Shown here: in pieces, positions 15,627 through 25,155 of the stretch
How the letters are laid out: each line of letters opens with the position of its first letter
How positions within the stretch are numbered: position 1 is the first letter of the stretch
Source: a virus
Virus record (IMG/VR): IMGVR_UViG_3300035661_000037
Coordinates: 1 to 64,000 of that record
Direction: 5' to 3' (one strand)
Length of the DNA: 64,000 bases
Position numbers and translations under genes: made by a program
The notes under the pieces: generated by a model
Told to the model about the DNA's origin: nothing
Database searches by the model: none
Seen by the model: the letters and a program-made list of their open reading frames with translations, nothing else

Positions 15627-16431
15627 CCTCCTACGCCTCAGCCTGGTAATAATCGCAGGGTTCTCAGCTATTAGCTCAGTTGCTGGCCTAGGCGAGGTCT
15701 TTCGCGGCTCATATTACCCGATCATCGTCCTTTCGTGCGGCCTAGAACTAGCGAAGTTCTCAGCGACATCACACGCATACCAGAACTGGCAGGATATATC
15801 AATAAAGTTTCAGACAGGGTTAGTAATCTTTGTTACGGTAACTAGTATTTTTACATCAGTTGGTATATTCGGCTACCTTGGGGACTCGTTCACAAAAACT
15901 CACATAACCGCCAAGAAAGATGATATAATTATACACCAGTTGCAGGTAACACAAGAGCGTCTAAATCTAAGAATTTTGGAAATAGACAAACAAATTCGAG
16001 AATTACCTAGTGAATTTGTGGTAGGCAGAGTTAAACTAATGAACGCATTCGCAGATGAGCGCAAACAAGTTAGTAAACTGTTAGATGAAACAAGCGACAA
16101 GTTGCAGTCAGCACTCAAACAGAACGTAGATACAGTAAGTGATTTAGGTCCAGTCGTACACTTGGCTAAGGCGTTCGGCACAACCGTAGAAACCGCTGTA
16201 GGTAACATGATACTAGTCCTAGCACTATTCTTGGACCCTGCCGCACTATTCTTAACTGTGCTTTTGAGTAGGAAAGTAGCAGAAAATACTTCAGAAAAAG
16301 TAGATACTATTCCTGAACCAGTTATACCTCGCAAGGTTGGTAGACCGGTTGGTAGCAGGAATAGGGATAAGGGGGTTGTTCAGGACGCTGACCAAACGAC
16401 ATCAACTAAAACAGATTGGAACTTCAAATGA
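15613..16431 (+). CDS. multi-TM coiled-coil membrane protein with C-terminal AT-hook-like motif
   Basis: LELAKF and TSVGIFGYL motifs, coiled coil, RKVGRPVGSRN. Confidence 0.8.
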   Translation: MLTLNLLRLSLVIIAGFSAISSVAGLGEVFRGSYYPIIVLSCGLELAKFSATSHAYQNWQDISIKFQTGLVIFVTVTSIFTSVGIFGYLGDSFTKTHITAKKDDIIIHQLQVTQERLNLRILEIDKQIRELPSEFVVGRVKLMNAFADERKQVSKLLDETSDKLQSALKQNVDTVSDLGPVVHLAKAFGTTVETAVGNMILVLALFLDPAALFLTVLLSRKVAENTSEKVDTIPEPVIPRKVGRPVGSRNRDKGVVQDADQTTSTKTDWNFK

Positions 16432-16676
16432 GTAAAAGTGAGCGGTTTAGACTAGCAGTACAGCGTGGCGAGCCGTTTCCAGATGTTGATGATAAGATTA
16501 GACAGCAGTTTAGTGTGACACAACAGGATATATTTAAGGCGCTACCTGATTGCAAGTTCTCTATAGCGCCGTTCGACATAAAGACACTAACTATCGAGTT
16601 TACATCTACTTCAGACGGTCTCGTAGTAGTGAGCGCGGTGTATTACGCGCATGGTAAATTGGAGAAGTTTAAATGA
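16428..16676 (+). CDS. hypothetical protein
   Basis: ATGA overlap at 16428. Confidence 0.7.
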   Translation: MSKSERFRLAVQRGEPFPDVDDKIRQQFSVTQQDIFKALPDCKFSIAPFDIKTLTIEFTSTSDGLVVVSAVYYAHGKLEKFK

Positions 16677-16686
16677 GTAAAAGTGG

Positions 16687-16770
16687 GCAGTTAATCGCGA
16701 TCAAGAGGCCTTCAGGTATGTAATAGACTTCAACCTGTTCTCGCGTATCGATGAAAAACTCAACATTGAC
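16687..16770 (+). pseudogene. orphan copy of the 3' end of the repeat-protein gene
   Basis: 69/84 nt identical to 17958-18041. Confidence 0.75.
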
Positions 16771-16794
16771 ATACTACTAATTGTAGGGTATAAT
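16766..16794 (+). promoter_or_regulatory. consensus sigma70 promoter
   Basis: TTGACA-17-TATAAT. Confidence 0.8.
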
Positions 16795-16860
16795 ATACAA
16801 CTCAGTGAATCATACGATACTCGATAAATAACTAATGCTTTAAATACTCAGGAAAAACAA

Positions 16861-17085
16861 ATGGATGAATTAGATCAGGCGGCTATATTAGAGGCAGACT
16901 TTGTAGCTAGAAGCATTGAGGCTAACAGGAAGACTATTAACAAGTTACAAGCAAGAGGTACATGTTACAACTGCGCTGAAGAAGTAGCAGGCCAGCAGCT
17001 ATTCTGCGATGGGCATTGCCGCGAAGATTATCAGATAAGAACTAAGCGGTCTAAGGGCTACTCGGTATTCTCGGGTGCAGTATGA
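16861..17085 (+). CDS. TraR/DksA-like C4 zinc-finger protein
   Basis: N-terminal DxxDxA (DELDQA) and CYNC...CDGHC. Confidence 0.75.
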   Translation: MDELDQAAILEADFVARSIEANRKTINKLQARGTCYNCAEEVAGQQLFCDGHCREDYQIRTKRSKGYSVFSGAV

Positions 17086-17117
17086 CTTGCAAATACTCAT
17101 AGATAAAGGTATGTAAA

Positions 17118-18050
17118 ATGAAAATTAAATACCAAGCAATCATCACAGTTGAAAAAGCCCTCGAAGCGGTTAAGCGGGATCGCGATGCCTTGCGATACGT
17201 AAAATACCAGACTGAGGCGATATGCATCGAAGCAGTTATGCGTAATGGTGATGCCTTGCAGTACGTAAAAGACCAGACTGAGGCGATATGCATCGAAGCG
17301 GTTAAGCGGGACGGTTATGCCTTGAAGTACGTAAAAGAGCAGACTTATGCTGTATGTATCGAAGCGGTTAAGCAGGAGGGTTATGCCTTAAGATACTTAA
17401 AAGGCCAGACTGAGGAAGTATGCGTTGAAGCAGTGAAGCAGGATGGTAATTCCTTGCAGTATGTAAAAGACCAGACTGAACAGATAGTACTAGAAGCGGT
17501 AAAACGTACTGGTGAGTCATTGATGTACGTAAAAGACCAGACTCAGGCGATATGCCTTGAAGCGGTGAAGCGAGACCCAGAGGCCTTGCAGTATACAAAA
17601 GAGCAGACTGAAGCTGTATGCCTTGAAGCGGTTAAGCAGGATGGCTATATGTTGCAGTATGTAAAAGAGCAGACTGAAGCTGTATGCCTTGAAGCGGTTA
17701 AGCAGAATGGCTATATGTTGCAGTATGTAAAAGAGCAGACTTATGTAATGTGCTTAGAAGCAGTTAAGCGCGATGGGTGCACCTTACAGTACGTAAAAGA
17801 CCAGACTCCAGCGGTATGCCTAGAAGCGGTTAAGCGTGATGGCTTATCCTTGCTGTACGTAAAACACCAGACTGAGGAGATAGCACTAGAAGCGGTGAAG
17901 CGGGATGGTGCGGCCTTGCGATACGTAAAAGACCAGACTGAAGCGGTATGCCTCGAAGCAGTTAGTCGAGATCCAGAGGCCTTGCAGTACGTACTTGACT
18001 TCGACTTGTTCTCGCGTATTGCTGAAAAACTCAGTATTGACGTTGCATGA
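17118..18050 (+). CDS. DUF4116-type 22-aa repeat protein
   Basis: ~13 copies of QTEAVCLEAVKRDGxALQYVKx. Confidence 0.9.
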   Translation: MKIKYQAIITVEKALEAVKRDRDALRYVKYQTEAICIEAVMRNGDALQYVKDQTEAICIEAVKRDGYALKYVKEQTYAVCIEAVKQEGYALRYLKGQTEEVCVEAVKQDGNSLQYVKDQTEQIVLEAVKRTGESLMYVKDQTQAICLEAVKRDPEALQYTKEQTEAVCLEAVKQDGYMLQYVKEQTEAVCLEAVKQNGYMLQYVKEQTYVMCLEAVKRDGCTLQYVKDQTPAVCLEAVKRDGLSLLYVKHQTEEIALEAVKRDGAALRYVKDQTEAVCLEAVSRDPEALQYVLDFDLFSRIAEKLSIDVA

Positions 18051-18559
18051 CAAACTATTTCTTTATATCTGATACGCATTTCGGGCACCAAGCGGCATGT
18101 CAGTTCTTACGCTCAGATGGTATTACAAAGATGAGACCATTCGAAACATCTGAAGAGATGGACGAAACAATCATTGACCGCTGGAACAAAGTCGTAAAGC
18201 CTAATGATCGCGTGTATGTCCTAGGTGACGTTGCAATGAAGCGTAAAGACATTCAGACTATTGGAAGGTGTTCTGGGCGTAAGGTACTGATACGCGGTAA
18301 CCACGACATCTTTAACATGGCTGACTATACCCCGTACTTTGACGACATTCGTGGTGTTCATGTGATGCCTACTAGAGATGCGATACTGTCACATATACCC
18401 CTACATCCTGACAGCGTTACACGATTTAAAACCAATATACACGGGCACTTGCATGACAATATTATTGAGGATCCTAGATATTTTAATGTATGTGTTGAGC
18501 ATACAGGATATGCGCCCATTAGTTATGAAGAAATTAAAGATAGCGGGAAGTCATTTTGA
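18047..18559 (+). CDS. calcineurin-like metallophosphoesterase
   Basis: SDTHFGH, LGD, GNHD, HGHLH. Confidence 0.9.
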   Translation: MTNYFFISDTHFGHQAACQFLRSDGITKMRPFETSEEMDETIIDRWNKVVKPNDRVYVLGDVAMKRKDIQTIGRCSGRKVLIRGNHDIFNMADYTPYFDDIRGVHVMPTRDAILSHIPLHPDSVTRFKTNIHGHLHDNIIEDPRYFNVCVEHTGYAPISYEEIKDSGKSF

Positions 18560-19401
18560 TGAACGTACTCTCGCTCTTTGATGGAATGTCCTGTGGTCAG
18601 CTTGCGCTTAACCGAGCAGGTATAAGCTACGATAACTATTATGCAAGTGAGGTAGATAAGCATGCGATAAAGGTAACACAGACTAACTATCCTGACACGA
18701 TCCAGCTAGGCGACGTGACTAAAGTCATCGCATCGGATTTACCACACATAGATCTCCTTATAGGAGGTAGTCCGTGCCAAGGGTTCTCTTTCGCAGGAAA
18801 ACAGTTAAACTTCGAAGACCCTCGAAGCAAGTTGTTCTTCGAGTTTGTACGACTGCTGAAAGAGTGTAAGCCGAAATACTTCCTGCTGGAGAATGTGGTC
18901 ATGAAGCAGGAGTATCAGGATGCCATTAGCGAGCACATGGGCTGCAAACCCATCAAGATAAACTCGGCCTTAGTATCGGCACAGAACCGTAACCGCTTAT
19001 ACTGGACTAATATACCTAACGTTATCCAGCCAGACGATATGGGTATTAAACTAGATGATTGTTTAGAACAGGGCTGGTACTCAAGTCGCAAGAAGTCTTA
19101 TTGTATTGATGCCAACTATGGAAAAGGTAGCAACCTGCGTAGGTATCTATATTGTGGGAGTAGACAATTGGTATTTAAAGATGGTTTTACTATCCCGCAC
19201 ATAGTGACAAAAGACACGGCGAATAAGTTTGGATCTGAGAATAAAGCCATGTGGCGTATGCTAACTCCACAAGAGTGTGAGAAGTTACAAACAGTACCAG
19301 AAGGATATACAGACACAGCCCCAAAAGTTTGGAGATATCATATGATAGGTAACGGTTGGACAGTGGATGTAATAGCACACATTTTAAAAGGTCTCAAATG
19401 A
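18556..19401 (+). CDS. C5 cytosine DNA methyltransferase
   Basis: LFDG, GGSPCQG, LENV, AQNRNR, LTPQECEKLQ, GNGW. Confidence 0.95.
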   Translation: MMNVLSLFDGMSCGQLALNRAGISYDNYYASEVDKHAIKVTQTNYPDTIQLGDVTKVIASDLPHIDLLIGGSPCQGFSFAGKQLNFEDPRSKLFFEFVRLLKECKPKYFLLENVVMKQEYQDAISEHMGCKPIKINSALVSAQNRNRLYWTNIPNVIQPDDMGIKLDDCLEQGWYSSRKKSYCIDANYGKGSNLRRYLYCGSRQLVFKDGFTIPHIVTKDTANKFGSENKAMWRMLTPQECEKLQTVPEGYTDTAPKVWRYHMIGNGWTVDVIAHILKGLK

Positions 19402-19556
19402 ACACAACAAAACTAGTATTAATCTCAGAAGGTAACGATTACAAGCGTTACGTGGGGAGTGAAATGACTAACCATATTATAAGTGATGAACGCCTACTGA
19501 CACTTCAAGAGATCGAGCAGTTCAGGGCGGATCCGAAATTATTTTTGGAGGGCTGA
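19398..19556 (+). CDS. hypothetical protein
   Basis: ATGA overlap; AAGG RBS. Confidence 0.55.
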   Translation: MNTTKLVLISEGNDYKRYVGSEMTNHIISDERLLTLQEIEQFRADPKLFLEG

Positions 19557-19557
19557 T

Positions 19558-21441
19558 TTGAACCTGATAACCCACGACTATGAAAGTTTTTGGTCTGCTA
19601 CACACGATATTAAGAAATGTGGTGGGCCTGTACGCTACATAGCGCACCCTGATACAGAAATTCAATCGTGCGCCATTAAATTTAATGACGAGCCTACATT
19701 TGTAGTATTTGGCGAAGACGAAATACGCAAGGCGCACGCATCGCTGCCCGTAAACAAGTCTATGCTAGTAGCGCATAACAACTCTGGGTTCGATGCGGTA
19801 ATTAGCACCCTGCGATTTGGGCTTAGACCGCAGGCATGGGGCTGTACAGCAGCTATGGCTAGGCCGATATACGCCAAGACTGTAGGTGTCAGTCTACGAG
19901 CCGTTGCAGAGGTTCTAGGGCTTGGGCAGAAGCTATCGCTAGAAGCCACCAATACTAAAGGTAAACGCCTCGCAGACTTTACTCCACAAGAAATTGAGGA
20001 TATGACCGAGTACAATAAAGTAGATACTGACCTGTGCTACGCTATATTTAAAACGCTTGCACCACTTATAGGTAAAAAAGAACTTAAGACTATTGACTAC
20101 ACTATTCGCATGTTCGCGCAACCAAAGTTTACATGCGACATCCAACTTCTTACCTACACACTAGAGCAAGTGCAGAAAGAGAAAGCGGAAACACTAGCTA
20201 GCATTACTAGACAGTTTGGCGCGGCTAGTCCAGAGGATATGAAAAAACTTCTAGCATCTGCGCCAAAGTTCGCAAAGGTATTAGAAGAACTTGGTGTAGA
20301 TGTTCCGTTGAAGATAAGCAAGACAACTGGTAAAGAAACTTTTGCGCTTGCTAAAACAGATCAAGGGTTGCTGTACCTTCAGGAGCACTCCGATGCGAGA
20401 GTACAAGCTGTAGTAGCTGCTAGACTAGATGTTAAGTCAACTATTCTTGAGACCCGTATGCAATCATTTATAGGAAATACTATACGCAGCAAAATACCTA
20501 TGCCGGTTTCATATTGTGGTGCGGATACCACAGGCAGGTGGAGCGGCTTTATCTTCAATCCGCAAAACCTTCCTCGCATAGGTAAAGACCCGAAGCACTC
20601 TGACGCGTTACGCAAGTCGTTACGTGCTCCAGCGGGGAATAAAGTCGTAGTAGCGGATTTGTCTGGTGTGGAATTGCGCGTCAATCACTTCCTGTGGAAA
20701 GTCCAATCTAGTATGGATTTATATAGAGCCGATCCAGAAAAGGCAGATTTGTACAAAGATTTTGCGTCCAGCCTATATGATGTTCCATTCCATGAAGTAA
20801 CTAAAAACCAGAGAGCAATAGGAAAAGTTTCTCATCTCGGATTAGGATTTGGCGCAGGTGCTGCGGCGTTTCAGCGCGTTGCTAAACTTATGGGAGGTGT
20901 AGATATTACGCTTGACGAATCCAAGAAGATAGTAGACAAGTGGCGGGAGCAGTACCGCGATATTGTAGCTGGTTGGAAGTCCTTCGATAGCGCAATAATA
21001 TCAATAGCATCTGGGGAAGAACGCCCGATAGACTCAGACGGCCTATGCACAACCTATAAAGGTATGGTGAGGCTTCCATCTGGGAGGTTCATACGTTACC
21101 CACATCTGCGTAGAGATAGTAACGAGGAAGGTCGCCAGCAGTGGTACTACGGTGAAGGACGACACAAGGCTACCCTATATGGCGGCAAGGGCGTAGAGAA
21201 CCTAGTACAGGCGATAGCAAGAGATATTATGAATGACATAAACCTGAAGTTTATTAAAGAGACAGGTAACTATCCAGCGTTGCTGGTGCATGACGAGACA
21301 GTTCTTATATCCCCAGAAGATAAGGCAGAAGAACACCTGCGGATTCTGCAAGACATTATGCGGTCACCACCAGACTGGTGGAAAGATATAGTGCTATGGT
21401 CGGAAGGCGACATTGCGGATTGCTACGGAGATGCTAAATAG
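19558..21441 (+). CDS. polA: family A DNA polymerase with 3'-5' exonuclease
   Basis: DYES (Exo I), HNNSGFD (Exo II), TTGRWS, DLSGVELR (A), RAIGKVSHLGLGFG (B), LVHDE (C). Confidence 0.95.
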   Translation: MNLITHDYESFWSATHDIKKCGGPVRYIAHPDTEIQSCAIKFNDEPTFVVFGEDEIRKAHASLPVNKSMLVAHNNSGFDAVISTLRFGLRPQAWGCTAAMARPIYAKTVGVSLRAVAEVLGLGQKLSLEATNTKGKRLADFTPQEIEDMTEYNKVDTDLCYAIFKTLAPLIGKKELKTIDYTIRMFAQPKFTCDIQLLTYTLEQVQKEKAETLASITRQFGAASPEDMKKLLASAPKFAKVLEELGVDVPLKISKTTGKETFALAKTDQGLLYLQEHSDARVQAVVAARLDVKSTILETRMQSFIGNTIRSKIPMPVSYCGADTTGRWSGFIFNPQNLPRIGKDPKHSDALRKSLRAPAGNKVVVADLSGVELRVNHFLWKVQSSMDLYRADPEKADLYKDFASSLYDVPFHEVTKNQRAIGKVSHLGLGFGAGAAAFQRVAKLMGGVDITLDESKKIVDKWREQYRDIVAGWKSFDSAIISIASGEERPIDSDGLCTTYKGMVRLPSGRFIRYPHLRRDSNEEGRQQWYYGEGRHKATLYGGKGVENLVQAIARDIMNDINLKFIKETGNYPALLVHDETVLISPEDKAEEHLRILQDIMRSPPDWWKDIVLWSEGDIADCYGDAK

Positions 21442-21444
21442 TAG

Positions 21445-21490
21445 TTGACCGCCAAACAAACATAAAGTATAATGATCGAACTGAAATTAA
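21445..21490 (+). promoter_or_regulatory. sigma70 promoter with GAACTG-AATTAA motif
   Basis: TTGACC-17-TATAAT-N4-GAACTGAAATTAA. Confidence 0.75.
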
Positions 21491-21506
21491 TTAATGGAGG
21501 TTTGAG

Positions 21507-21740
21507 ATGGAAAACCCTTGGGAACAAGAACGAATTATAAAAGAAGCTAGTGAAATTGCTAAACATAATGGATTTCGACTTGAGAATCACCGTAACTATT
21601 TTGGCAAAGTAAGCCTAGTTGCTGAAAAGTCACCTTACACTAAGGACACTGTCATAGCATCTTTTGACAACTGGCGAGACTTGATTGTATTCATGTCAGG
21701 TTACGAAGCGCATGAATTTGAGAGGGGTAATACGAAATGA
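21507..21740 (+). CDS. hypothetical protein
   Basis: GGAGG RBS. Confidence 0.75.
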   Translation: MENPWEQERIIKEASEIAKHNGFRLENHRNYFGKVSLVAEKSPYTKDTVIASFDNWRDLIVFMSGYEAHEFERGNTK

Positions 21741-21943
21741 TCTGCCCTAACTGCGGCTATAAAGATATAACCTATGTGGATGATGGTGATATAGAAGGTT
21801 ATCTAGGAAACTTCTATACACTGCCTATCGAAATGGCTCAAGCGCCAACCAAGCACTCAAGATACTCGAAAAAGATAGTAAGAGTATTTGGGTGTCCTGA
21901 ATGCAATAGTCTATTTATGGCGGAGGTTTTAGATGACTACTAG
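21737..21943 (+). CDS. zinc-ribbon protein
   Basis: CPNC...CPEC. Confidence 0.75.
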   Translation: MICPNCGYKDITYVDDGDIEGYLGNFYTLPIEMAQAPTKHSRYSKKIVRVFGCPECNSLFMAEVLDDY

Positions 21944-22065
21944 CGAAACCAAACACACAACAAAAGACGGCTGGTGGCTATGCCCGTATTGCTTTGATAT
22001 ACACCAAGAAAATGTACAATGCTGCGGGGGAATGCATCTAGAATAGGTTACCGAGGAGGCAGAAA

Positions 22066-22266
22066 ATGATTAATACAATACTGAACAAACTAAAAATCGC
22101 TGCAGGCGTCACCGGTATAATTATAGTGGTGGTACTTCTACTATGTATCGCACCGTGGCTGCTATTCTGGACAATTGAAACACTTTTCGGCTACCATATC
22201 GAGTTCACATTTTGGACATGGTTGGCAGCTATTGTAGGACTATCCTTAATAAGGGGCGTGAAATGA
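22066..22266 (+). CDS. small membrane protein
   Basis: GGAGG RBS; hydrophobic; FWTWLAA. Confidence 0.75.
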   Translation: MINTILNKLKIAAGVTGIIIVVVLLLCIAPWLLFWTIETLFGYHIEFTFWTWLAAIVGLSLIRGVK

Positions 22267-22664
22267 ATATTTTTAAAATTGTACTGCTAAGTTTTATCTT
22301 TTTTGCAAATTCTGTTATGGCTGATGATGGAGACCCAGATTTTTCAGCGTTCTCTAAATATACGTTGAGCGCTAAAGAGGTAGCTGCGCTTAAGAAAATT
22401 GTTGGTAGGCAAATGAAAGACCCAAAAAGCGTCGTATTTTTAGACGATACAATTAGAGTGATGATTCACAAAAAAGATAATGTTATTGGTGGATGTATTC
22501 AGTTCAACGCTAAAAATAGTTACGGCGGCTATGACAACCCATCGGTAGCTGCTTTTTTCACACCTAAGAATAGGGTTGATCTAGCAATGGTATTAGTTCT
22601 TGAAAATAAAGATGCCGCAGAACTAGAATCGTGTGTTAAGCAATATGCGTTATGGAGTAAGTAA
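22263..22664 (+). CDS. exported protein (KDPxS...NAKNSYGGY family)
   Basis: Signal peptide MNIFKIVLLSFIFFANSVMA; ATGA overlap. Confidence 0.75.
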   Translation: MNIFKIVLLSFIFFANSVMADDGDPDFSAFSKYTLSAKEVAALKKIVGRQMKDPKSVVFLDDTIRVMIHKKDNVIGGCIQFNAKNSYGGYDNPSVAAFFTPKNRVDLAMVLVLENKDAAELESCVKQYALWSK

Positions 22665-22666
22665 TT

Positions 22667-22831
22667 ATGAACGCCCCGTCAACCATAGGTTTGATCGTAT
22701 CCACAGCATGTATCGGCATATCAACCTACCTACTGACCGCCGGACACATGAGCTTTACACAGCAACTACTCGTATTCTTGTTGGGTATTAACTGCGTAGT
22801 ATCTGCTACCATCATTGCGATCATGTTGTGA
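22667..22831 (+). CDS. small two-TM protein (54 aa)
   Basis: Read manually; GGAG RBS; GTGA overlap with the next gene. Confidence 0.6.
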   Translation: MNAPSTIGLIVSTACIGISTYLLTAGHMSFTQQLLVFLLGINCVVSATIIAIML

Positions 22832-23577
22832 AACTTCATATACTTAGCGATCTACACCTAGAGTTTTCAGATTTTATACCACCTAAAACAGACGCAGATG
22901 TCGTCGTGCTGGCGGGGGATATAGGTAAGTCGATACAAGGTCTTGTATGGGCACGTAAGGTATTCCCTGAGAAAGAGATAGTCTATGTGGCCGGTAATCA
23001 CGAGTATTATGGCATCGATATTTCAGAAACTAACTTATCTATGCGCATCACAGCTATTGAACTAGGTATTCACCTACTCGAAAACCGTTCAGTAATTATA
23101 GGCGGAACTAGGTTCATTGGAGCAACGCTATGGACTGATTTTAGACTGTTTGGGTATGATTCCGAAGAACAGGCACTACAAGTAGGGCAACGAGGGCTAA
23201 ACGACTTTAGGATAATACGCGACGATAGTAATATATTTACAGCCAAAAAGTCACAAGAGTTACATGAGATATCAATCAAGTATCTGAAGCACGAACTATC
23301 GCAGCCATTCAGTGGAAATACCGTAGTAGTTACACACCACCTACCATCTAAGTTATCAGTTGCTGACAGATTTAAGCATGATTTATTGTCTTGCTGCTTT
23401 GCGTCCAACTGTGACGACTTGTTTGGTCGTATGGATCTGTGGGTTCATGGACATACTCACGACAACATGGACTACGTTTCAGAAGGTACGCGAGTAGTTT
23501 GTAACCCTCGTGGATATGTTACAAGGTCTGGTACAGAGAATAAACAGTTTAATGAAGGGTTGGTGATTGAGTTATGA
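22828..23577 (+). CDS. calcineurin-like metallophosphoesterase
   Basis: SDLHLE, AGDI, GNHEYY, THH, HGHTH, NPRGY. Confidence 0.9.
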   Translation: MKLHILSDLHLEFSDFIPPKTDADVVVLAGDIGKSIQGLVWARKVFPEKEIVYVAGNHEYYGIDISETNLSMRITAIELGIHLLENRSVIIGGTRFIGATLWTDFRLFGYDSEEQALQVGQRGLNDFRIIRDDSNIFTAKKSQELHEISIKYLKHELSQPFSGNTVVVTHHLPSKLSVADRFKHDLLSCCFASNCDDLFGRMDLWVHGHTHDNMDYVSEGTRVVCNPRGYVTRSGTENKQFNEGLVIEL

Positions 23578-24269
23578 GCTACGAAGATTTTAAACTATAC
23601 CCAGCTTCCTTCTCGAAACTAAACAAGTTTGATACCTGCCCTAGGCAGTTTGAGAGTCAGTATATCCGAAAAGATATTCAGTTTGTCAGCAGCCCAGCGA
23701 CTGAATGGGGTAGTGCGGTTCACGAGGCATTTGATAACCGCTTCAAGACTGGGGAAGAACTAACTGGTCGCTTCGAGAGTTATGAACAGTATGCACGAAT
23801 CCTAGATGCCCAGGCTGTCGGCGCAAGGCTTGAGAGTGAGTACGAGCTAGTTGTTGACATTGATGGTAATCGTTTGGCTTGGGATGACCCAGCAGCACAT
23901 ATGCGAGGGCGCATTGACGTAGCCATATTCTATCCAGACGGGCGGATGCTTATCGCCGATCATAAAACAGGTAACCGCAGGGTAAATGACGAACTGGAAT
24001 TTTTCGCGTTACTTAGCTTCAAGTTGCATCCAGAAGTGCAGCGAATTAAGACTGTGTTCTTATGGTATAAAACAGGTGACAAGCCAGACGTAAAGTTTTA
24101 TACTCGTGAAGATTTACCTGAAATTGAAGCGAAGTTCGCAGCGAAATGTGCTACAATTGAAAATGCTTTAGAGTTTGATAAGTTCCCAATGAAAGTTTCT
24201 GGACTATGTAAAAATTTTTGCGGTTCCAGATCGTGTAATAGATCCGGTGCATACGTTAAAATGTTTTGA
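23574..24269 (+). CDS. PD-(D/E)XK (Cas4/RecB-like) exonuclease
   Basis: SFSKL..F..CPR, GSAVH, GRID, DHKTG, C-terminal Cys cluster. Confidence 0.85.
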   Translation: MSYEDFKLYPASFSKLNKFDTCPRQFESQYIRKDIQFVSSPATEWGSAVHEAFDNRFKTGEELTGRFESYEQYARILDAQAVGARLESEYELVVDIDGNRLAWDDPAAHMRGRIDVAIFYPDGRMLIADHKTGNRRVNDELEFFALLSFKLHPEVQRIKTVFLWYKTGDKPDVKFYTREDLPEIEAKFAAKCATIENALEFDKFPMKVSGLCKNFCGSRSCNRSGAYVKMF

Positions 24270-24279
24270 AAGGTAGATA

Positions 24280-24846
24280 ATGCAAAATATCATGTTATAT
24301 TTAGAAACACTAGGAAACAGCGCAAACTCAGTAATCATCGCTATTGGAGCTGTGAAGTTTGATAGCACCGGACTTGGTGAAGAGTTTTACGAAGTAATAG
24401 ATGCAGAAAGCTGTGTTCAGGACGGGCTTACTATGGAGGCGTCTACGGCTATGTGGTGGATGCAGCAATCCGACGAAGCACGTTGGGCGTTTAAACGCAG
24501 TGGCGTAACCCTCCCCCAAGTACTAGAGAAGTTTGTGAAGTTCTGCGGTTGTGACACAATCAGGATTAACGCAGACATGCGTCGCGTTGTAGACACAACT
24601 GAAAATATGAAAATCTGGGGCAATGGTGCAAGTTTCGACAACACTATCTTGAGCAATGCATACCGCAAGACGAGTATTAAACAGCCTTGGGCGTTCTGGA
24701 ATGACCGTTGCTACCGCACAATGAAATCCCTGTACCCACAAGTTGTTATGGCTCGTCAGGGGACATACCATAACGCCTTAGATGATGCTAAAAGTCAGGC
24801 GGCACACATGGTTGAAATCGCTAAAGTGGCAGGTGTAACACTATGA
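24280..24846 (+). CDS. DEDDh 3'-5' exonuclease (Rv2179c-like); first Asp replaced by Tyr
   Basis: MLYLETLG, WGNGASFD, RCYRT, HNALDDA. Confidence 0.85.
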   Translation: MQNIMLYLETLGNSANSVIIAIGAVKFDSTGLGEEFYEVIDAESCVQDGLTMEASTAMWWMQQSDEARWAFKRSGVTLPQVLEKFVKFCGCDTIRINADMRRVVDTTENMKIWGNGASFDNTILSNAYRKTSIKQPWAFWNDRCYRTMKSLYPQVVMARQGTYHNALDDAKSQAAHMVEIAKVAGVTL

Positions 24847-25142
24847 CCAAACTAGACCTACTAAAAGAATTAAGAACACTGCAAAAAGCCGAAGACACCT
24901 ACATAGGCGCGCTACCATCCGATATCGTTGCTGCATTCTACGACAATGAGTACACTAACTCATTACAGAAGGCTAACTCGCTCCTGATGGTTCCGGCGTT
25001 TGGGGATTTGGCTGAGGAGGCCACATATTTCTTGTGGGAGTGGAGGCCGGGGTATAGTATCACCGAGGCTGATGGTACTGAATGGCCTATGAAGTCCGAA
25101 GAAGAATTTTATGTATATTTCCAGAAACAATGCGACAACTGA
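24843..25142 (+). CDS. hypothetical protein
   Basis: ATGA overlap. Confidence 0.7.
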   Translation: MTKLDLLKELRTLQKAEDTYIGALPSDIVAAFYDNEYTNSLQKANSLLMVPAFGDLAEEATYFLWEWRPGYSITEADGTEWPMKSEEEFYVYFQKQCDN

Positions 25143-25155
25143 GTAATATTTTTCA

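Noticed and set aside
17150-17990. CRISPR-like 66-bp periodic repeat
   Set aside because: In-frame coding repeats with synonymous variation.
16687-18041. Diversity-generating retroelement TR/VR pair
   Set aside because: Seven of 15 mismatches are not at adenines and are mostly synonymous; no reverse transcriptase in the window.
23574-24269. cas4 as part of a CRISPR-Cas system
   Set aside because: Stand-alone phage PD-(D/E)XK nuclease within a replication module.
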